A stretch of DNA of 64,000 bases from Polyangium mundeleinium (GCF_028369105.1 NZ_JAQNDO010000001.1:1971711-2035710), one strand, 5' to 3'. Counted from the first letter of the stretch, positions 39,601 through 51,100 are shown. Notes: generated from the sequence alone by a model not told the origin. Program-made: numbers and translations.

Positions 39601-40650
39601 AGCGGCGATCCCAACGTCTCGCTCTGGCAGAACGTCGCCTGGCCGCTCAAGGATTACGAAAACAAGAAGGCGGGCAACGGGGTCTCGAACCTGGAGACCT
39701 TCATGCTCTCCGACCTGCCGCTCATCACGGCGAAGAACTGCATCGCCGAGCTCGACAAACGCGCCGGCGTCGACGGCTCGGGCGGCTTTTTCGCGGGCAA
39801 ACAGAAGTACATCGTCGAGGAGCTGCGCGAGCGCTGCCGTGTCCTCGCGAGCGAGGAGATGCGGGATCGTTATGCCGCGCTCCGTCGCACCTTCAACCGT
39901 GAGCTCTCGGGCAAGTTCCCCTTCGTCAAGATCGAGCCGGGCATTCGCGTCGAGGACGCGCGCCCCGAGACCGTGCGGCGGTTCCTCCAGGACGCGGCCG
40001 ATTTCCGCTCCGATTTCGGGTATGTCCTCGGCAAGGACACGAAGGCCTCGGCCGGCGAGGTCGGGCGATTCCTCGAAAAGATCGAGGCCGTCCGCGCCTT
40101 CATGATGCCCATGTGGGCGCAGGTCGAGTCGGCCGAGGACGGCATCTACGACGTCAAGGTCGAGTTCCGCGTCAATCCCGCCCTCGAGGTCGGCGGCAAC
40201 CGCATCGCCGACTGGGCCATGCGGCTCGCGGACGAGCGCCTCTTCCGCGACGGCCCCAAGGCCGAAGCGAGCTGGCGCGTGAACGACCCCGTCCGCGTCG
40301 ATCTGCGCTGGGCGAAGAGCAGCCTCGACGTGCCGCTCTCGACGCAGGGCCCGAATGTCTTCGTGAACGATCGGACCGTCACGTTCGAGGAGCGCGGCCC
40401 CTGGGCGCTCTTGCGCATGATCGCGTTCCACCAGAGCTCCGCGCGTGACGGCTCGCAGAAGACCGAGGGCGGATCCCACGTGCTCGGCTTCGTCGTGCAA
40501 TCGTCGCCCGATCCGACGGGCGGCTTCATCGAGCGCGTCGGCACCGACGCCAACACCGTCCGTGTCTTCGTCCGCCTCGCGCTCACCGGCGTCGAGAAGG
40601 ACCGGATGCTCAGATACCCCGAGTTCCCCGCGATCGCTCCGAACCTTTAG
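36599..40650 (+). CDS. tssM: T6SS membrane protein TssM (IcmF-like), interrupted by an apparent -1/+1 frameshift near 37245-37255. This is either a sequencing error or a pseudogene.
   Basis: GTG start overlapping the tssL stop (GTGA). N-terminal TM plus Walker A 'GEPSSGKTT'. The conserved 'VYVVVTQ|DRLSGF' (cf. 'LVLTKADLLAGF') is split between frame 2 (36599 ORF) and frame 1 (36322 ORF). The IcmF body continues to 40650. Confidence 0.8.
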
Positions 40651-40664
40651 GAGACAGAGCCTCG

Positions 40665-41753
40665 ATGTCGACGAAGGCCCCGCTCATCGATCTGGAGACG
40701 CTTCTCCTGCCCATCTCCGAGGAGGCGCCTTGTGGCTCGTCTCTCCGGTACGAAGGCACGTACGACCGCGTGCGCGAGGCGCGTCGCGAGGACGATCCCT
40801 CGCTGCCCATGGGCGAATGGGAGACCAAGCTCAAGGTCGCCGACTTCGCGCTCGTGGACAAACTTTGCCAGGACGCGCTGCGCAAGAAATCGAAGGACCT
40901 CCAGATCGCGGCCTGGCTCGTCGAGGCCTGGCTCCGGCGCTCCCGCGTGAAGGGCCTCGGCCAGGGTTTGTCCCTCGTCGCCGGGCTCTGCGAGCGGTAC
41001 TGGGACGGCCTCTTCCCCGCGCTCGGCGACGACGCCGATGCCTCGGCGCGCGTCGCGCTTTACGAGTGGATGGACGACATCCTCTCGGATCGCCTGCGCC
41101 GCACGCCGTTCGGGGACGGCGACGGGGCGTTTTCGCTGCTCGATTGGGATCTCGGCGGACAGGCTGCGCCGCCCGACGGGGACGGCGAGGGCGCGCGGCC
41201 GACACGAGAATCGCTCCTCGCCAAGATCTCGCTCGGCGGCGCGGCGACGCGCTGGTCCGAGATCGCGCTCGACGCGGGCACGTCGATCATGGCGGCCGAG
41301 GCGGCCGAGGCGGCGATCGCGACGCACGTCCCGCGCCCGCCCACGCTCCGCCGCGTGCGGGAGGTCCTCGGGCAGATCGAGGTCCTCGCGCGTGACGCGG
41401 CGCGCATCAATGGCGAGAGTGTCCCGGAGGCGAGCGCGTCCGCGGCGAGCCCGCCGCCGCTCGGATCGGCTGCGGCGGCCGCGGCCGCGGCGGCGTTCAC
41501 GGCGCCGGGCGGGGGAGGGGGAGGCGGCGGCTCGTTTGCGATCGCGAGCCGCGCCGACGCTTATTATCGGCTCGCCGAGGCGGCCGAGTACCTCATGCGG
41601 ACCGAGCCGCACAGCCCGGTCCCATACCTGGTCAAACGTGCGGTGCAGTGGGGCAACATGTCGCTCGCCCAGCTCCTCTACGAGTTCGTGGGGAACCCCG
41701 ACGATCTCGTGGCGATACAGCGCTTGCTCGGGATGCGCGGGAGGGAGGAGTAA
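40665..41753 (+). CDS. tssA: T6SS protein TssA (ImpA N-terminal domain).
   Basis: N-terminal ImpA_N-like region 'ISEEAPCGSSLRYEGTYDRVREARREDD...LVDKLCQDALRKKSKDLQIAAWLVEAWLR'. Confidence 0.8.
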   Translation: MSTKAPLIDLETLLLPISEEAPCGSSLRYEGTYDRVREARREDDPSLPMGEWETKLKVADFALVDKLCQDALRKKSKDLQIAAWLVEAWLRRSRVKGLGQGLSLVAGLCERYWDGLFPALGDDADASARVALYEWMDDILSDRLRRTPFGDGDGAFSLLDWDLGGQAAPPDGDGEGARPTRESLLAKISLGGAATRWSEIALDAGTSIMAAEAAEAAIATHVPRPPTLRRVREVLGQIEVLARDAARINGESVPEASASAASPPPLGSAAAAAAAAAFTAPGGGGGGGGSFAIASRADAYYRLAEAAEYLMRTEPHSPVPYLVKRAVQWGNMSLAQLLYEFVGNPDDLVAIQRLLGMRGREE

Positions 41754-41927
41754 CCGGGGGGAAGGACCGGGAGCGGGAGGGAGCGAGCGCCCTCACGAGG
41801 GTGTTGTGTTGACGAGCCCGAGCACGGTAAAAGGGTAATGCCCAGGAGTACACGCCGTGCGCGGGCGGTTTTTCGGAGACTTCAAAAGCCGCGGCGTCGC
41901 CGCGAGAGCCGAGGAAGGGAGCCATCG

Positions 41928-42428
41928 ATGGCAGAGAGCAAGCAGCACTGGCTGGACCGAAACCGTCCGCCTCGTGTGCAGATCACGTACGACGTCGAGA
42001 CGGGCAACGCAATCGAGAAGAAAGAGATCCCGTTCGTGGTCGGCGTGTTGAGCGATCTGGGGCAGAACCCGGCGAATCCGCTGCCCAAGTTGAAGGAGCG
42101 CAAGTTCGTCGAGATCGACCGCGACAATTTCAACGACGTCCTCGCCTCGACGAAGCCGGAGATCACGGTGAAGGTCGACGACGTGATCAAGGGGGCGGGG
42201 AAGATCTCGATCCCGCTCACGTTCACGCACCTCGACGATTTCCGGCCCGAGCGCCTCGTCGAGCGCATCCCGGAGCTCCGCAAGCTGCTCCGCGCGCGCG
42301 AGCGCCTGAACGACCTCCTCGGCAAGCTCGAGGGCAACGACGAGCTCTCGGCGGCGCTGCGTGAGGTCATGGAGAGCACCGAGGCTCTCCAGAAGATCAC
42401 GGCGGAAGTTTCCAAGGATCAGAGCTAG
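41928..42428 (+). CDS. tssB: T6SS sheath small subunit TssB (VipA).
   Basis: About 166 aa. 'RVQITYDVETGNAIEKKEIPFVVGVLSDL' TssB signature. Confidence 0.9.
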   Translation: MAESKQHWLDRNRPPRVQITYDVETGNAIEKKEIPFVVGVLSDLGQNPANPLPKLKERKFVEIDRDNFNDVLASTKPEITVKVDDVIKGAGKISIPLTFTHLDDFRPERLVERIPELRKLLRARERLNDLLGKLEGNDELSAALREVMESTEALQKITAEVSKDQS

Positions 42429-42448
42429 GCCGCGCGGAGGGTACGAAC

Positions 42449-43951
42449 ATGCCGGAAACTACGAGCGTCAAGCAACTCATCGCCTCGAGCGCGGACGGCG
42501 GGGCGATCATCGATCAGATCCTCGCCGAGGGCGCGATGGTTCGGGGGGACAACCCCGTCCAGAAGAAGCACGCCCGCGACATCGTCGGAGAGTTCTGCCA
42601 GCAGATCCTCGACGAGCGGGATCCGAAGGACAAGCAGCGCGCCATTGATCTCGGCGCGGTGGCGGCCATTCAGGATCGCATCAACGAGATCGACGAGATC
42701 ATCGGCAAGCAGCTCGACGTGATCCTGCACGCGCCCGAGTTCCAGTATCTCGAAGCGCGGTGGCGGGGCCTGCACTACCTCGTCATGAACACGGAGACGA
42801 GCACGCGGCTCAAGATTCGCGTGATCAACGTCCGCAAGGACGAGCTCCGCAAGGATTTCGAGGCCTCGCCCGAGTTCGATCGCAGCTCGCTCTTCAAGAA
42901 GGTGTACGAGGAGGAGTACGGCACGTTTGGCGGCGCGCCCTACGGCCTGCTCCTCGGCGACTACGAGTTCGACGGTTCGAGCCCGGACGTCGGCCTCTTG
43001 ACCGAGCTTTCGAAGGTCGCGGCGGCGGCGCACGCGCCGTTCATCTCGGCGTCGAGCCCGTACCTCTTCGACATGGAGAACTTCGGCCAGATCGGCGTGC
43101 CCGGTGATCTCGCCAAGCTCTTCGAGAGCACGCAGCTCATCCAGTGGAAGGAGTTCCGCGAGACCGAGGACAGCCGTTACGTCGGCCTCGTCCTGCCGCA
43201 CGTCCTCATGCGCCTGCCCTATGGCCCGAAGGGCGTGCCGGTGGACGGCTTCATGTACGAGGAGAACGTCGGCGCGGAGGACAAGAACTTCCTCTGGGGC
43301 AACGCGGCGTATGCACTCGGCCAGCGGATCACGAACGCGTTCGCGCATTATGGCTGGTGCGCGGCGATCCGCGGCGTCGAGGGCGGCGGCCTCGTCGAGA
43401 ACCTCCCGGTGCACGTCTTCAAGACGAGCGAGGGTGATCTCGCGGTGAAGACCCCGACCGAGGTGGCGATCACCGATCGTCGCGAGAACGAGCTCTCCGA
43501 GCTCGGGTTCATCTCGCTCTGCTATCGCAAGAACAGCGGCCAGGCCGCGTTCTTCGGCGGCGCGACCGCGAACAAGCCCAAGGTGTACAACCTGCCCTCG
43601 GCGACGGCGAACGCCCGTCTCTCGGCGCAGCTCCCGTACATCATGGCGACGAGCCGGTTCGCCCATTACATCAAGGTCATGATGCGCGACAAGATCGGCA
43701 GCTTCATGACGAAGGACAACGTGTCGTCGTACCTCAACAACTGGATCGCGGACTACGTGCTCCTGAACGACGACGCGGGTCAGGACACGAAGGCGCGGCT
43801 GCCTTTGCGCGAGGCGCGGATCGACGTCACCGACGTTCCCGGCAAGCCGGGGGCGTACCGTGCCGTCGTTTTCTTGAAGCCGCACTTCCAGCTCAACGAG
43901 CTCACGGTCTCGATGCGCCTCGTGGCGGATCTTCCGCCTCCTGTGGCGTGA
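42449..43951 (+). CDS. tssC: T6SS sheath large subunit TssC (VipB).
   Basis: 500 aa. Conserved TssC blocks ('GGAPYGLLLGDYEF', 'WGNAAYA'). Confidence 0.9.
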   Translation: MPETTSVKQLIASSADGGAIIDQILAEGAMVRGDNPVQKKHARDIVGEFCQQILDERDPKDKQRAIDLGAVAAIQDRINEIDEIIGKQLDVILHAPEFQYLEARWRGLHYLVMNTETSTRLKIRVINVRKDELRKDFEASPEFDRSSLFKKVYEEEYGTFGGAPYGLLLGDYEFDGSSPDVGLLTELSKVAAAAHAPFISASSPYLFDMENFGQIGVPGDLAKLFESTQLIQWKEFRETEDSRYVGLVLPHVLMRLPYGPKGVPVDGFMYEENVGAEDKNFLWGNAAYALGQRITNAFAHYGWCAAIRGVEGGGLVENLPVHVFKTSEGDLAVKTPTEVAITDRRENELSELGFISLCYRKNSGQAAFFGGATANKPKVYNLPSATANARLSAQLPYIMATSRFAHYIKVMMRDKIGSFMTKDNVSSYLNNWIADYVLLNDDAGQDTKARLPLREARIDVTDVPGKPGAYRAVVFLKPHFQLNELTVSMRLVADLPPPVA

Positions 43952-44055
43952 CGGGCCTCGCAAATCAGTGTAGGGTATGATCAGGAAGTTACCGCCCCGC
44001 GCTCGAACGGAGCGCGCGGGCGGTGACCGTCGACGGGGACGCGGAGGAGTGAACG

Positions 44056-44550
44056 ATGGAAACGAGTTTTTTGGAGATTGAAGGCGTCAAGGGCGAGAGC
44101 ACGGCGAGCCAGGGCAAGGACAAGGTCGAGATCCTTTCCTTCAGCCACGGCGTCTCGATGCCCCTCACGGCGGGCGCCTCGGCGAACGCGCGTTCGCACG
44201 GCCGCACGGTTCATCAGGACTTCACGTTCAGCAAGTTCCTCGACATCACGTCGCCCACGCTGAACCTCAAGTGCAGCGGCGGCGACAACATCAAGAAGGC
44301 CGAGCTCACCGTCTTCCAGGCCGACAAGAACGACGGCGACATGGTCCTTTATTACAAGATCACGTTCGAGGACGTGATCCTGACGAACGTCTCGGTGAGC
44401 GGCGGCAGCGGCGGTCGTCCCATCGAGACGGTCACGTTCAACTACCGCAAGATCAAGTGGTCGTACGCCCAGCAGGGCCAGCCTTCGCCGGCCGGCAAGA
44501 AGGGCACGGCCGAGGCGGGTTGGACGCTCGAGGAGAACAAGAAGCTCTAA
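44056..44550 (+). CDS. hcp: Hcp (TssD) inner tube protein.
   Basis: 164 aa. 'FLEIEGVKGEST...KVEILSFSHGVSMP' Hcp1-family pattern. Confidence 0.9.
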   Translation: METSFLEIEGVKGESTASQGKDKVEILSFSHGVSMPLTAGASANARSHGRTVHQDFTFSKFLDITSPTLNLKCSGGDNIKKAELTVFQADKNDGDMVLYYKITFEDVILTNVSVSGGSGGRPIETVTFNYRKIKWSYAQQGQPSPAGKKGTAEAGWTLEENKKL

Positions 44551-44586
44551 CCCGAGGACGCTTCATCGTCCCAGGGGAACGACAGA

Positions 44587-45063
44587 ATGGCGAAGGCGTG
44601 GGGATCCACGAGCGCGGGCAGGGTTCCCCTGTTCGACCGGTTGGTCGACGAGAACCCTGCTCAAAAACAAGAAGCGGTCCCCTATTGCACCCTCGATCGA
44701 GACGGGCTGCGCGCCTCGGTGGCCCGCGAGCTCGGTCGAATCCTCGGCACCCGCAGCCCCATCTCCGGCGACGAGGCTCTCTCCCGGCAGCGCACGACCC
44801 TCGATTACGGTTTGCCCGACCTCGAGCTCGGCGGCCGTGCGCTCGTCCCGGAGGAGCTTCGCCGCCTCGTGCGCCTCGTGCAAAAGACGATCGAGGCGTA
44901 CGAGCCGAGGCTCCAGAACGTACGCGTGGAGATCAAACGACGCGAGGACGCGGCGCCGCATGCGCGCCTCGTGGTCGCGCTCTCGGCGACGCTCGTCACG
45001 GACGAGGTGCGTGAGCCGCTCTCCTTCGAGGCTCCGCTCGACGCGAGCCAGGGGGCCTTATGA
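44587..45063 (+). CDS. tssE: T6SS baseplate protein TssE (gp25-like).
   Basis: 158 aa. 'PLFDRLVDENP...' GPW/gp25 lysozyme-like fold pattern. Position hcp-tssE-tssF. Confidence 0.8.
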   Translation: MAKAWGSTSAGRVPLFDRLVDENPAQKQEAVPYCTLDRDGLRASVARELGRILGTRSPISGDEALSRQRTTLDYGLPDLELGGRALVPEELRRLVRLVQKTIEAYEPRLQNVRVEIKRREDAAPHARLVVALSATLVTDEVREPLSFEAPLDASQGAL

Positions 45064-46868
45064 GCAAGGGAGATCCCGATCGGGAGATGCTCGAGCTCTA
45101 TGCGCGCGAGCTCGCGTATCTGCGCGAGCGTGGCGCCGAGTTCGCGAAGGACTATCCGAAGATCGCGGCGCGCCTCGGTACCTCGAACCAGGCCTCGGCC
45201 GATCCCCACGTCGAGCGCCTCGTCGAGGCCTTTGCGTTCCTCTCGGCGCGCCTCACGCGGGACATCGAGGCCGAGCTGCCGATTTACACGACGTCGCTGC
45301 TCGGCACGCTGTATCCGCAGCTCGCGTGTCCCGTGCCGGCAATGGCGATCGCCGGGTTCGAGATCGACCCGAAGGAAGCCAAGCTCGGCTCCGGGTACAC
45401 GGTCGAGAAGCACACGCCGCTCTTCGCGGCCTCGCAGAGCGGCCCTGTTTGTTATTTTCGTACGGCGTTTCCGGTCACGCTCTGGCCGATCGAGATCGTC
45501 AATGCGGGCATGGTCCCGCCCGAGAACCTCGACGTCCCCTCGTGGCTGCTCACGAACGCCGCGGCGGCGCTCGAGATCGAGATCGCGACCGGCGGGGTGC
45601 CGCTCGACAAACTCGGCATGCGCTCGCTGCGCTTCCACATCGCGGGCGGCGGCATGGGCGCGGCGCGCCTCTACGATCTGCTCGCGGCGCACGCCGTGCA
45701 GGTCCTCGTGGTCGGGGAAAACCCCTCGCAAGATTGGACGTACGGCAAGATTCGCCCCGTCGGCTTCGAGGCGAACGAGGACGTCCTGCCGTATCCGCCG
45801 CACGCGCACCGCGGCCATCGCCTCGTGCAGGAGTATTTCGCGTTCCCGGAGAAGTTTCATTTCTTCGACATCGAGCTGCCGAAGCTCCCGCCGCGCAAGA
45901 ACGCGAAGATCCTGGTCCTCTTCGATCAGAAGCCGCCGGCCGGCGTCGCGGTCCGCCCGACGACGTTGAAGCTCGGCTGCACCCCGATCATCAACCTCTT
46001 CCCGCGCAGCGCCGAGCCCATCCGCGTCGATCACACGCGGCCCGAGTATCGCCTCGTCGCCGACGCGCGCCGCGAGCGGACCACCGAGGTCCATTCAATC
46101 ACGCGCGTCGCGGCCACCGCGCCCGGCGAGCCCAAGCAGGTCGACTACGCGCCGTTCTTTTCCTTCGTGCACCACCGCGCGGGCGAGCGGCCGCGCGCGT
46201 TCTGGCACGCGCGCCGCGTCGCCACGGGCCGCAAGGACCTGCCGGGCACCGACGTCTGGCTCACGTTCGTCGACACGGACTTCAAGCTCGCGCGTCCCCC
46301 GTCGGAGACCGTCTACGCCGGCGTCCTCTGCACGAACCGCGATCTCGCGAACGAGATCGCCAAGGACACGCAGCTCTCGCCCGAGCGCCCCGTCCCGGCG
46401 CGAAAAATCGTTTGTCTCACGAAACCGACCCCCCAGCGCGCCGCGCCCATGGGCGGCGAAGCGCTCTGGCGGCTCGTCTCGAACCTCTCGCAGAACCACC
46501 TCTCGATCACGGACGGCAAGACGGGCGTCGCGGCCCTGCGCGAGATCCTGCGCGCCTATGTCTTCGGCGACGCGCCCGACGCCGAGCGCCAGATCGACGC
46601 GCTCCTCGAAGTGTCGAGCCGCGTGGTCACGCGCCGCCTCGGCAGCGACGCGTGGCGGGGGTATTGCCGGGGCCTCGAGATCACGCTCACGCTCGCGGAC
46701 GAGCAGTTCGCCGGATCGAGCCCGGTCCTCTTGGCCTCGATCCTCAGCCGATTCTTCGCCTTACAGGCGCACATCAATGCGTTCACCGAGCTCGTGCTGA
46801 AGCGAGCATCGCGCGCGGAGGTCTGGAAACGATGGCCGCCCACGGCTGGCGAAAGAGCCCTTCTGTAG
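45060..46868 (+). CDS. tssF: T6SS baseplate protein TssF.
   Basis: 602 aa. ATGA overlap with tssE. TssF-like N-terminal region 'LELYARELAYLRERGAEFAKDYPKIAARLG'. Confidence 0.85.
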   Translation: MSKGDPDREMLELYARELAYLRERGAEFAKDYPKIAARLGTSNQASADPHVERLVEAFAFLSARLTRDIEAELPIYTTSLLGTLYPQLACPVPAMAIAGFEIDPKEAKLGSGYTVEKHTPLFAASQSGPVCYFRTAFPVTLWPIEIVNAGMVPPENLDVPSWLLTNAAAALEIEIATGGVPLDKLGMRSLRFHIAGGGMGAARLYDLLAAHAVQVLVVGENPSQDWTYGKIRPVGFEANEDVLPYPPHAHRGHRLVQEYFAFPEKFHFFDIELPKLPPRKNAKILVLFDQKPPAGVAVRPTTLKLGCTPIINLFPRSAEPIRVDHTRPEYRLVADARRERTTEVHSITRVAATAPGEPKQVDYAPFFSFVHHRAGERPRAFWHARRVATGRKDLPGTDVWLTFVDTDFKLARPPSETVYAGVLCTNRDLANEIAKDTQLSPERPVPARKIVCLTKPTPQRAAPMGGEALWRLVSNLSQNHLSITDGKTGVAALREILRAYVFGDAPDAERQIDALLEVSSRVVTRRLGSDAWRGYCRGLEITLTLADEQFAGSSPVLLASILSRFFALQAHINAFTELVLKRASRAEVWKRWPPTAGERALL

Positions 46869-47890
46869 AGGCCTGGCTCTTCGACGAGGGGCACGCGTTC
46901 GATTTTTATCAGGCCGTCTCCCTCCTCGAACACTGGCGCGAGGGCGACGCCGTCCCCGTCGGCGAAGGCTCCGATCCGTCGCGCGAGTCCGTGCGATTTG
47001 CCGGGAGCGTCGCGCTCGCCTTCCCCGAGACCGACGTCGCGCGTATTCGCCCGCCGCACCGCGAGGGCGAGCCTGCGAAGATGCTCGTGAACTTCCTCGG
47101 CCTCGGCGGCGCCCTCGGCCCGCTGCCGCCGCCCATCGTCGAGTCGATTTACATGCGCGCCGTCCGCGGCGACACCGCGGCGCGTGATTTCCTCGACATC
47201 TTCAACCACCGCCTCGTCTCGTTTGCTTATCGCATCCGCAAGGGCCACCGCGTCGGCCTCGGCGCCTCCTCGCCCGAGAAGGACGATGCGGCGCGGCACC
47301 TCTTCGCCCTGCTCGGCCTCGGCTTCAAGGCGCTCGAAGGCCGGCTCGCGGTCCAGGATCGGGCGCTCCTCGAGCACGCGGCGAACCTGGGGAGCGAGTC
47401 GCGCTCGCTCGAAGGCCTCGTCGCGATCCTCCGCCGGCATTTCGGCGTTCCCATCGAGCCCATCCCGCTCACCGGGGCCTTTCACCCGATCGAGGAGGCC
47501 GACCGCACGGCGATCGGCCGATCCGGCCAGAACCGCGCGCTCGGCCGTGACGCTTGCCTCGGGGGGCGTTTCTGGGATCAGGAGTCCACGTTCGATCTGC
47601 GCATCGGGCCCATGAAGCTCGATGAATTCCTTCGATTCCTCCCGGACGGCGACGCGCTCGGGCCTCTCTGCTCCCTCGTCCGTTTTTATGCAGGCGCACG
47701 ATTCCACTTCGGCCTCATCCTCGTCCTCGCCGAGCGCGAGGCGCCGCGGATCGAGCTCGGGAGCGCCACGTGCGCGCTCGTCGGCCAGATCGCCTGGCTC
47801 GGAAACGTGAACAAGAACGGCGGCAAGATCCGCGAGGTGCGTTTGTCCCGTGCGGCCATTCGGAAGGGGCTCGGCGAGGCGCCGGGCTGA
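46832..47890 (+). CDS. tssG: T6SS baseplate protein TssG.
   Basis: About 350 aa starting 'MAAHGWRKSPSVEAWLFDEGHAFDFYQAVSLLE'. The ATG overlaps the end of tssF. The listed 1017-aa ORF in this frame is an upstream read-through. Confidence 0.8.
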   Translation: MAAHGWRKSPSVEAWLFDEGHAFDFYQAVSLLEHWREGDAVPVGEGSDPSRESVRFAGSVALAFPETDVARIRPPHREGEPAKMLVNFLGLGGALGPLPPPIVESIYMRAVRGDTAARDFLDIFNHRLVSFAYRIRKGHRVGLGASSPEKDDAARHLFALLGLGFKALEGRLAVQDRALLEHAANLGSESRSLEGLVAILRRHFGVPIEPIPLTGAFHPIEEADRTAIGRSGQNRALGRDACLGGRFWDQESTFDLRIGPMKLDEFLRFLPDGDALGPLCSLVRFYAGARFHFGLILVLAEREAPRIELGSATCALVGQIAWLGNVNKNGGKIREVRLSRAAIRKGLGEAPG

Positions 47891-48108
47891 AGGACTCCCT
47901 CATCCCCGCCCCTCGTTCATCGCTTGGGGGCTTCGCTTGGACGAGCCGAGCTCTGCCCCCAAACCCCCCTCGCGGGAGAGGGGAGAAGAGGCGTCTGGCG
48001 AGGGGTGAGGCTTGTCAACGGCGCGCGCGCCGCGGTATCGTGGCATCCCGATTTCGTGGGCATCGCTCGCCGTGACCGCGCCATTGGGAGAGGACGGTTC
48101 TTAGCCGC

Positions 48109-51100
48109 ATGACGACCGCAGATCAGAGCCAGGGCGCCACGGAGAGCATTCCGAGCAAGCTCGGGAAGTTCGCCTCGGAGCAGATCGACAAGGCCGAGGT
48201 CACGGTCACGAAGGGCGTCTCGACCGTCCGCGACTCGACGAACCAGATCATCAGCAAGGCCGAAGAGCAGATCCTCAAGCTCAACAAGGCCCTCTACGAG
48301 ACCAAGAACGGGATCTCGGCCGGCATCGACACGGCGATCAAGGAGACCGAGGGCCAGCTCAAAGGGATCACGCCCGAGCTCAAGAAGATGGGCGAGGAAG
48401 CCATCTCGACGGCCAAGGGCAAGCTCGACGGCCTCGTCGACGAGGTCGAGGGCAAACTCGAATCGCAGAAGGACACCCTCGTCAAGACGGCGCAGGATCA
48501 GATTCAGAGCGCGGCCGACGCGGCGAAGGGCAAGATCGACGAGATCGGACAGCTCGGCGAGGATCAGGCGACGAAGGTCCTCGACGCGGTGAAGGCGCAG
48601 GCCGACACGGTCGATCAGAAGCTCGGTGATCTCGGCGGACAGATCGACGGCAAGATCGAGGCGATCGGCTCCGATCTGCGCGCCAAGTTCGAGCTGGCGC
48701 TCGCGAAGGTGCCCGACCACGACGGCGCGAAGGTCGAGATGTCGGCGAACGTCGACGCTGTCGTCGACGAGCTGCGCTCTGCGACGAAGGACTCGATCGA
48801 GCAGGCGCGCGAGACGCTGAAGTCGCTGGTCAAGCAGACCGACGACACGATCAAGCAGACGATCGGCGACGTGCGGCGCACGATCGGCGAGGTCCCCACG
48901 CGCATCAACCAGTGCGCGCAGGACATCATCGCGAAGGTCAATGACGCGATCCAAAAGACGATCGACGAGATCTCGAACCTCGCGCACGGGCTCGTCGCGC
49001 GCACGGCGGAGCTGCTCAACGAGGCGCTGCTCACGATCACGAGCACCGTGGACAAACTCCTCGCGGACGGCTTCGCGCTCGTGCGGGGGATCAAGGCCGA
49101 TCTCGATCGTCTGCTCGACAAGCTGCTCGAACAGATCCGCGATTTGACGCTCGGCACGCTGGAAGACGTGCGCAAGGCGGCGAACGAGCTGCTCGGCACG
49201 TTCGAGACCGAATGCAAGAAGATCCTCCAGACGATGGAGGATTCCGTCGTGGGCTCGGTCGAGGAGCTCGGCGGCAAGATGAACGCCTCGATCAAGGCGC
49301 TCCAGGCCGAGTTGAACCTCGACGCCGACAAGATCGTCCGGGATCTCGTGGCCGAGGGCGCGAAGGGCCACGACGACGCGCTCGCCGACTTCATCAGCGC
49401 TGGTTACGAAGAGGACACCTCGGTCATCCCCAAGATCCGCGCGAAGGGCGAGGCTGCGATCAAGCAGATCGAGGCCAAGACGAAGGCGCAAGGGGAGAAG
49501 CTGATCAAGGACTTCGAGATGCAGGCGACCCTGCTGAAGCCCAAGATCCAGGCGCAGGGCATCAAGGTCGTCGCGCAGATCGCCGCGCTCGGGCCGAAGC
49601 TCGCGATGCAGGCGGTTCAGATCGCGTCGAGCATCGCTTCGAGCATCAAAGACAAGGGCGAGGCGGTCAAGAAGACGTTCGAGGAGCTGCAGAAGACGCT
49701 CGTCGACGCGATCACGAAGAAGATCCCCGATTACCTCGACAACTGCAAGAAGCAGATCAAGGCCGCGGCCGACGCGCTCGTCGAGGCGGGCAAGACGTTC
49801 TACGAGAAGACGCTCGCCGACCTCATGGCGACGATCAAGGCGGCCGAGGCGCGTTTCAAGAAGCTCGCCTTGGAGATGAAGGACCTCATCGAGACGCAGG
49901 TCCTCGAGCTCGTCGCCTCCATTCGCAGGACGGTGGAGACCTCGATCCAGCGCTTCAAGGATCTCGGCAAGGCGTTCGAGGACAAGACGAACGCGCTCAT
50001 CAACGACATCCCGGCGCGGCTCATCAAGCTGGAGCAGGTCGCGAGGCTCGCGGTCGATCGGGAAATCGCGCTGGCGAAGGGGCTCGCCAATGCGACGAAG
50101 GAAGACATTCTCCTCAAGGCGCGGACGGCGCTTTCGGAGATCAAGAAAGCGGCGTACGGGGTCCTCGGCGGGATTCAGGGGGATCTCGGCGCGGTGCAGG
50201 GCTCGCTCGCGCTCGTGATCCCGGCGGGCGCAGGGCTCGACGCGGCGGGCGCGATCAACCTCGCGGTGTCGGGCGGGCTCGAAGGGATGATTGCGTCGGC
50301 GGCGAACGCGGCGTCGGCCGTGGTGACGGCGGGCGTGAATGCGGCCGAGGCCGTGAATTCGGCGGCGGAGCAGGCGGCGGCCGCGATGGGCGCGGCGGGA
50401 TTCGAAGGCGCGGCGAATGCATTGACGGGCGTGCTCTCGCAGCAGATGGGCGAGGTGCGGACGGAAGGCGAGAAGGCCAAGAACGTCATTGCCGCGGCCA
50501 AGGAGAAGATGACGGCGGTCGCCAAGGAGGCGAGCGATACGTGCACGCAGGCGGCGCAGGCGGCGCAGGCCGCGGCCGCGGAGGTCGTGGAGGCCGCGAA
50601 TGCGACGGGTGACGCGGTCAAGGCGTCGGCCGAGAACCTGACGAAGGGCCTCGAAAAGGCGAAGGACATCGTCAAGGAAGCCGGCAAGACCGCGATGCAA
50701 TCGATGAAGGAGGCCCAGGACGCGCGCAAGGGCGGCGACGGCGCGCAGGCCGGCGCGGGCGCGCAGGCCGGGGCCGGCGGCGCGGATGCTGCGGCCGGCG
50801 GCGCGGAGGCGGGCGGCGCGGACGCGGCGGCAGGCGGCGCGGACGCGGCGGCAGGCGGTGCGGATGGCGCGGCGGCGCCCGAGGGCGAGGCGGCGGCGGA
50901 TGCGGCTGCGGAGGCAGCGGCTCCGGACGCGAAGGCAGCGGCCCCGGACGCGAAGGCAGCGGTTCCGGACGCGAAGGCAGCGGTTCCGGACGCGAAGGCA
51001 GCGGTTCCGGACGCGAAGGCAGCGGCTCCGGACGCGAAGGCAGCGGTTCCGGGCGCCCCTGCGGGAGTTCCGGACGCAAAGGCAGCGGTTCCGGGCGCTC

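Noticed and set aside
44837-47890. 1017-aa plus ORF spanning tssE through tssG
   Set aside because: This is a long open frame in the tssG frame. Only the portion from the ATG at 46832 ('MAAHGW...') matches TssG. The upstream part overlaps the real tssE/tssF in another frame.
48040-48100. Possible sigma-54 promoter (TGGCAT-N..-TTTCG) upstream of the 48109 gene
   Set aside because: The -24/-12 spacing and the GC dinucleotide do not fit the GG-N10-GC consensus, so it is not claimed.
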